The notes beneath the pieces are model-generated. The model was given only the letters and a program-made list of their open reading frames with translations, was not told the DNA's origin and searched no databases. A stretch of DNA of 64,000 bases from Arcobacteraceae bacterium (lineage in GTDB: Bacteria > Campylobacterota > Campylobacteria > Campylobacterales > Arcobacteraceae), in NCBI GenBank assembly GCA_965224485.1, contig CBDCZH010000010.1, positions 96,001 through 160,000 of the forward strand, written 5' to 3'. Positions 59,965-64,000 of the stretch are shown in pieces; positions within the stretch are counted from its first letter, which is position 1, and the number at the start of each line of letters is the position of its first letter. A program made the translations under genes and the position numbers.

Positions 59965-60378
59965 AAAATCAACACGTTAACAATATTAAAAAACCATGCA
60001 AAATTAAAAGAAGAAGAGAAATTAAAACCTCTCTTTTGTAATATAGACACCCCTTAAACCCCTCAAAATATTTCAATCATTCATTTACTCATTAAATCAT
60101 AAAAACGCTATATAAGACAAATTTATAAAACTTTTAAAAAGTTGTAATTTTTTAGCACTAAAATCAAAAAAACAACAAAAACAACAAAAATTTAAATATC
60201 TTTCAAATATAAATATTTCAACAAACCCCACAACATAGGTATTTAATAATAAATAAAAAAGAATTTAAGAATTCTTTAAGAAAAATAAATTAATTTAAAA
60301 TAAAAACATTATAAATAGAGATAAGAAAGTTAACAACTTAACTTTTAAAACTAAAAATTAAAACTTAAAGGGTCAAAT

Positions 60379-61044
60379 ATGATTGAAAATAAAACAGAAA
60401 ACAAAACAGTAGAAACGATAGAAAAGAAAGATGAAGGATTTACTTCTTTTTATGATGTGAAAATGCAAGGTATCTTAACAGATTATGAAATTAAAGAAGA
60501 TGAATCAGTTCAATTGTTATTTAATGAAAAAGTTCAATTAGAAGATAACATGGGAATGAAATTTGTTCAACATTCAGTTAGATTAAGAATGAGTAGACAA
60601 ATTCTAAAATCAGAGTTAGAGTCATTGTTAAATACAACAATTGAAGTTAATGATGTTACTGAAATGCATTCTTATAAGAAAATTGAAGAAGGTGTATACG
60701 ACTTTTCTAAAATTGAAAAAACAACTTTCTCTGCAACAACTTTCAAAAAAATTACAGATAAAGTCGAAGGTGATTTTAAATTATTTAGAATGTTTGAAAT
60801 AGCAAAAATTGCAAATGTAGCACCCTTAACTGATTGGAATCAAAAAACAAGAAAAAACACAGTTAAAAAAGGTGAATGTTTAGTTCAATATTACGTTAAA
60901 AATGGGAATAAAAACACATTACATAATATCAAAGTTATAAGCTTAGATTATAAAAATGGTTTATCACTTGTAGGTAAAAAAATCAAAGTTCTTGATTATA
61001 GAGAAGGTAAAACTCCATCTTGTACAAGAATAGAAAGATTATAA
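60379..61044 (+). CDS. Hypothetical beta-rich protein, possibly ssDNA-binding
   Basis: 221 aa with two loosely similar halves (SLLNTTIEVNDVTE / SLVGKKIKVLDYRE); first gene of an operon. Confidence 0.65.
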   Translation: MIENKTENKTVETIEKKDEGFTSFYDVKMQGILTDYEIKEDESVQLLFNEKVQLEDNMGMKFVQHSVRLRMSRQILKSELESLLNTTIEVNDVTEMHSYKKIEEGVYDFSKIEKTTFSATTFKKITDKVEGDFKLFRMFEIAKIANVAPLTDWNQKTRKNTVKKGECLVQYYVKNGNKNTLHNIKVISLDYKNGLSLVGKKIKVLDYREGKTPSCTRIERL

Positions 61045-61068
61045 GGGCTAATCCCCCTTATTTAAATC

Positions 61069-61251
61069 ATGAAAATTATAATGAACATCTCAGAAGTAGA
61101 TTACGAACAAATAGAAATATTATTATCTTACAGTCCATATTCAACAATAGAAGAATTTTTAATAGATTCTTTAAATTCACTCTCAAATTATACAAACTTT
61201 CAAGAATCAAATAATCTAAGAATTATAGAAATCAAAAAGGAGAAATTATGA
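61069..61251 (+). CDS. Small hypothetical protein (RHH-like pattern)
   Basis: MKIIMNISEVDYEQI..L...STIEEFLIDSL; ATGA-coupled to the next ORF. Confidence 0.5.
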   Translation: MKIIMNISEVDYEQIEILLSYSPYSTIEEFLIDSLNSLSNYTNFQESNNLRIIEIKKEKL

Positions 61252-61415
61252 AAAGTAAAAAAGAAAAACAAGAAAAAAAATCAGTACGTATTCACATGAA
61301 TGTAACTCCAAGTGAAGCTAAATTAATTGACTCACGTAATTTCGAAAACTTACCTTCTCAAATGTTCGCTAAACAATGTTTATCAAAATATTTAAATATA
61401 GAATTATCAATATAA
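61248..61415 (+). CDS. Small RHH/MobC-like DNA-binding protein (55 aa), missed by the ORF track
   Basis: MKSKKEKQEKKSVRIHMNVTPSEAKLIDSRNFENLPSQMFAKQCLSKYL; strong AAGGAG RBS. Confidence 0.6.
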   Translation: MKSKKEKQEKKSVRIHMNVTPSEAKLIDSRNFENLPSQMFAKQCLSKYLNIELSI

Positions 61416-61430
61416 AAACAAAGGACTAAT

Positions 61431-61994
61431 ATGAAAAAATTAAATTTAATCTTAATAATTACAGCATTAATAATAACAAATATACAAGCAAACTATTATT
61501 TTCCATTAGATGTAAATGAGGAGGTCAATAAGAATTATATCGATGAAAAAAACCAAGAACAAGACGGACGCTTAGACGCATTAGAGCTACTTAATGGTGG
61601 TGGTTCAACAGATTTAACAACAGTAAATGAAAATATTGCTAATAACTCTACAAGGTTGGATTCAAAAGATATAGTAGATAATAGTCAAAATAGTAAAATT
61701 TCTAATAATACAAAGTCTATAGAATCATTGAAAAAATCATTAATTAATGAACGTAAATTTACACGTAAGCTTGTTAATAAAGCTACATCTATGACTATTG
61801 CCATGTCTTCATCATTTCAGTTTCAAAACTCTAATAGAAGCTTTAATTTTGCGGTTGGAGCATATAATAATGAATATGCAATAAGTTCAGGAATAGCATT
61901 TAAAATTAAACAAAATACAGTTATAAGTATGAAAATAGCAACTGATTCTTCATTTAATGTAGGAGCATCAATAGCAGTAGCCGTAAACTTTTAA
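61431..61994 (+). CDS. Minimal trimeric autotransporter (YadA-like anchor) protein
   Basis: Signal peptide, coiled stalk with NxxxI repeats, anchor FNFAVGAYNNEYAISSGIAF, terminal Phe. Confidence 0.8.
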   Translation: MKKLNLILIITALIITNIQANYYFPLDVNEEVNKNYIDEKNQEQDGRLDALELLNGGGSTDLTTVNENIANNSTRLDSKDIVDNSQNSKISNNTKSIESLKKSLINERKFTRKLVNKATSMTIAMSSSFQFQNSNRSFNFAVGAYNNEYAISSGIAFKIKQNTVISMKIATDSSFNVGASIAVAVNF

Positions 61995-62173
61995 TGTAAA
62001 AAATAACTCTTAAAACTCTCAAAAATGACTAAATCAGGTAAATTAAAATTTTACCTTTTTTAAACAATCACCATTTTAAGCCATTTATAAAAAGAATTCA
62101 TAAAATAATTAAGTTTATTTCCAACTTTTAAAACTTTAATTTATACTATAGGTAGAAAAGAAAAAGGCTTAAA

Positions 62174-62290
62174 ATGTATGAAATTGAAAGAAAACAGATA
62201 ACACCAATCGCAAAATTTATTTATGCGTCAACAGCAATAATGGCTATGTATTTAGTTGTAGAATTATTAGAAATATTCTCACTAATATAA
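62174..62290 (+). CDS. Small membrane peptide (38 aa)
   Basis: MYEIERKQITPIAKFIYASTAIMAMYLVVELLEIFSLI; AAGG RBS; TATACT upstream. Confidence 0.5.
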   Translation: MYEIERKQITPIAKFIYASTAIMAMYLVVELLEIFSLI

Positions 62291-62303
62291 AAAAGGAAAA
62301 TAA

Positions 62304-62747
62304 ATGATTAAAAGCATATTTAAACTAATATTTGATTTATTAAAATCACTATTTAAATTACACATTCAAAAATATTTAGTTCTCATATTCGTAATAGGAT
62401 TGATATCACCATTTTATAAATTTTTAATAACTGATATAGATTCAAATTTAAAAGAATTAATAATAGTTCAAGAGAATAAAGAACTTAACGAAATTGAAAT
62501 TATTTCTCAATGTATTAGTAAAAAAGTTATCGTTAATACTAATCTTAAAAAAGAGATATCAAACAAAAACATAAATGTTAATAGTAATAAAAACAGCTTA
62601 AGTAAGTACACAAAAAACGAATGTAATAAATTCTATATTACACATAAAAATAATACAAATATACAGAATAATTATTACAAACAATTTTTACCTTATTTGA
62701 TGGTTTTCTATTTTATATTAAGACTAATTACAAAAAGGTGGATATAA
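62304..62747 (+). CDS. Hypothetical membrane protein (2 TM)
   Basis: N- and C-terminal hydrophobic segments; AAGGA RBS. Confidence 0.7.
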   Translation: MIKSIFKLIFDLLKSLFKLHIQKYLVLIFVIGLISPFYKFLITDIDSNLKELIIVQENKELNEIEIISQCISKKVIVNTNLKKEISNKNINVNSNKNSLSKYTKNECNKFYITHKNNTNIQNNYYKQFLPYLMVFYFILRLITKRWI

Positions 62748-62749
62748 AA

Positions 62750-64000
62750 ATGGCAATTAAAAAAGAACAAGAACAAATAGAATTTGAAACAATGTCTGAA
62801 AAGCTAAGTAAGCAAAAATTTAGAACAACAGAATCATCAATAGATTTAAAATTATTCAATAATAAAGGTGAATTAAATACAAAGAGAATTAATAAACTTT
62901 CATTGTATCCAAGTTCCTTATTATTGCTTTTAATGACGTATGTATACATTAATGTATTATTTTTAATGAACAACGCTCACGCTGATTTAAACACGTTTAC
63001 TCAATGGTATATTATGAAAGATTTTGCAGATAATATATATTTAGTAGTTATAGAAAATTATACATATTCAAATTTTAATGAATACATTTTATTAGCAATT
63101 TTAATAGTATCAATTACAGTATTTATATTAATTAATAAAAGAATCAAATCAAAAATAGAAAACAAAAGATTTATAACCGAAGTACTCCACAATGTTGGGT
63201 TATCAGATAAGATTTATTTTATTAAAAGTGAAGATAAAGAAGATTATGAAAGATATGTGTTCAGAATGTATAAACACGCAAATTTCAACGGTTTAATGAC
63301 ATCATTTGAAGCCAATTCAAAAAAAGAATTTTTAATTTTAACAAAGTTCGAAGATGTGTTTTTTGAACCTGATAAAAAAGATAAATCAATCTACTATTTA
63401 AATATCATTAAAGTTCCTTTTCCAAGCATGTTTGATGAAGAAGTCGCACAATTAAATAAAGATTTAAATACTAAACACAAACAAAAAGGTAAACATATTT
63501 TAGGCTATACAAACATAGCAGTAAAAGATGTAAAAGGTCTTACACAAAAAAAAGTAGGGAATTTATTTATTGATTATTTCGATTTAGATGAAATATTAAT
63601 CCACATGTTGACAATTGGTGCAGCGGGTTCAGGTAAATCAGTTTCATTTGCAAATACTTTGAATACACATCTAAATAATCTTGATAAAACAGCTATTTTA
63701 TTTATACATGATGCAGGTTCAGTAGAGAATGTAAAAGTTCAAAAGTGGATAGATAATCATCCTCAAAAAGAATATTTATCTAAAAAAATATATACATCTT
63801 CAACACTTGATGAATTAGAAAAAATTCTTATTAAATTAAAACTTATATACGAATATAGAATTTTAACAATGAATAAAAGTGGCGATAATTTATATCAAGG
63901 TAAAATGATAATTTTAAAAGCAGATGAAGTTAATATAATGATGACAGCACTATCTGACACAACTTCAGCAATTGGAAAACAAGCTAAACGTATAGATAAA
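62750..64000 (+). CDS. FtsK/SpoIIIE (TcpA/TraB-like) membrane ATPase, truncated by the window edge; not in the ORF track
   Basis: Open for 417 codons from ATG 62750: two N-terminal TMs, HMLTIGAAGSGKS Walker A, EYR, IILKADE Walker B. Confidence 0.8.
   Translation, partial: MAIKKEQEQIEFETMSEKLSKQKFRTTESSIDLKLFNNKGELNTKRINKLSLYPSSLLLLLMTYVYINVLFLMNNAHADLNTFTQWYIMKDFADNIYLVVIENYTYSNFNEYILLAILIVSITVFILINKRIKSKIENKRFITEVLHNVGLSDKIYFIKSEDKEDYERYVFRMYKHANFNGLMTSFEANSKKEFLILTKFEDVFFEPDKKDKSIYYLNIIKVPFPSMFDEEVAQLNKDLNTKHKQKGKHILGYTNIAVKDVKGLTQKKVGNLFIDYFDLDEILIHMLTIGAAGSGKSVSFANTLNTHLNNLDKTAILFIHDAGSVENVKVQKWIDNHPQKEYLSKKIYTSSTLDELEKILIKLKLIYEYRILTMNKSGDNLYQGKMIILKADEVNIMMTALSDTTSAIGKQAKRIDK

Larger units (their letters stand above)
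45547..64000. mobile_element. tRNA-integrated element with tyrosine integrase, HUH rolling-circle Rep and FtsK-like ATPase (right end outside window)
   Basis: att-like tRNA remnant, integrase, Rep, FtsK-like ATPase, many small co-oriented ORFs, visibly more A-rich coding strand. Confidence 0.85.

Noticed and set aside
54091..62150. Recurring AAAGAATT..TTAAG/TTAA motifs upstream of element operons (about 54091, 57220, 60257, 62091) as a specific operator
   Set aside because: They are consistent with ordinary AT-periodic sigma70 promoter regions of Campylobacterota and too low in complexity to call by eye
279..62973. Short antisense or overlapping ORFs in the track (e.g. 279-464, 6943-7473, 13353-13706, 27453-27794, 49833-50201, 56785-57054, 62728-62973, 39021-39209)
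   Set aside because: They are shadows of well-supported genes on the opposite strand, or lie within non-coding repeats, and have no motifs or RBS
45705..64000. Tailed prophage or classical inovirus
   Set aside because: No terminase, portal, capsid or tail genes are recognisable. The ATPase has N-terminal TMs like FtsK/TcpA rather than the usual Zot/pI layout, and the element exceeds typical inovirus size. Not fully excluded because the right end is missing.

Overview
Very AT-rich bacterial chromosome segment whose gene content resembles Campylobacterota, probably Arcobacteraceae (inference from protein style and the proC-bamD-lon context). 1-36.6 kb is mostly core and metabolic. It holds a frameshifted double-Cache chemoreceptor, three pseudopilin-like genes, proC, bamD, lon and a rhomboid. 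It also has a roughly 19 kb glycerol/glycerophosphodiester locus: two GntR paralogues around a PotD-like ABC transporter plus phosphodiesterase, glpD, a rhizobial-type glpSTPQUV ABC transporter, a frameshifted glpK, an aldehyde dehydrogenase and pyk. dinB, a cysteine desulfidase with LysR, and a TyrP-like permease follow. 36.6-45.5 kb is an accessory hotspot downstream of a tRNA 3' remnant. It contains four modular, strongly structured non-coding repeat units built from two homologous halves facing away from each other, a decayed RelE/HTH pair, a split ABC-ATPase plus TOPRIM-like candidate defence pair bracketed by short inverted repeats, RNase HI, HigBA and a Fic protein. From about 45.55 kb to the window end lies a tRNA-integrated element. 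It carries an unusual tyrosine integrase, a STAND/NACHT NTPase without an N-terminal effector, a folded putative origin with an HUH rolling-circle Rep, a membrane protein with twin motif-sharing peptides, many small ORFs, a YadA-anchor protein and an FtsK/SpoIIIE-like ATPase. That combination resembles actinomycete AICE or IME architecture. All calls come from reading the sequence; no searches were run.
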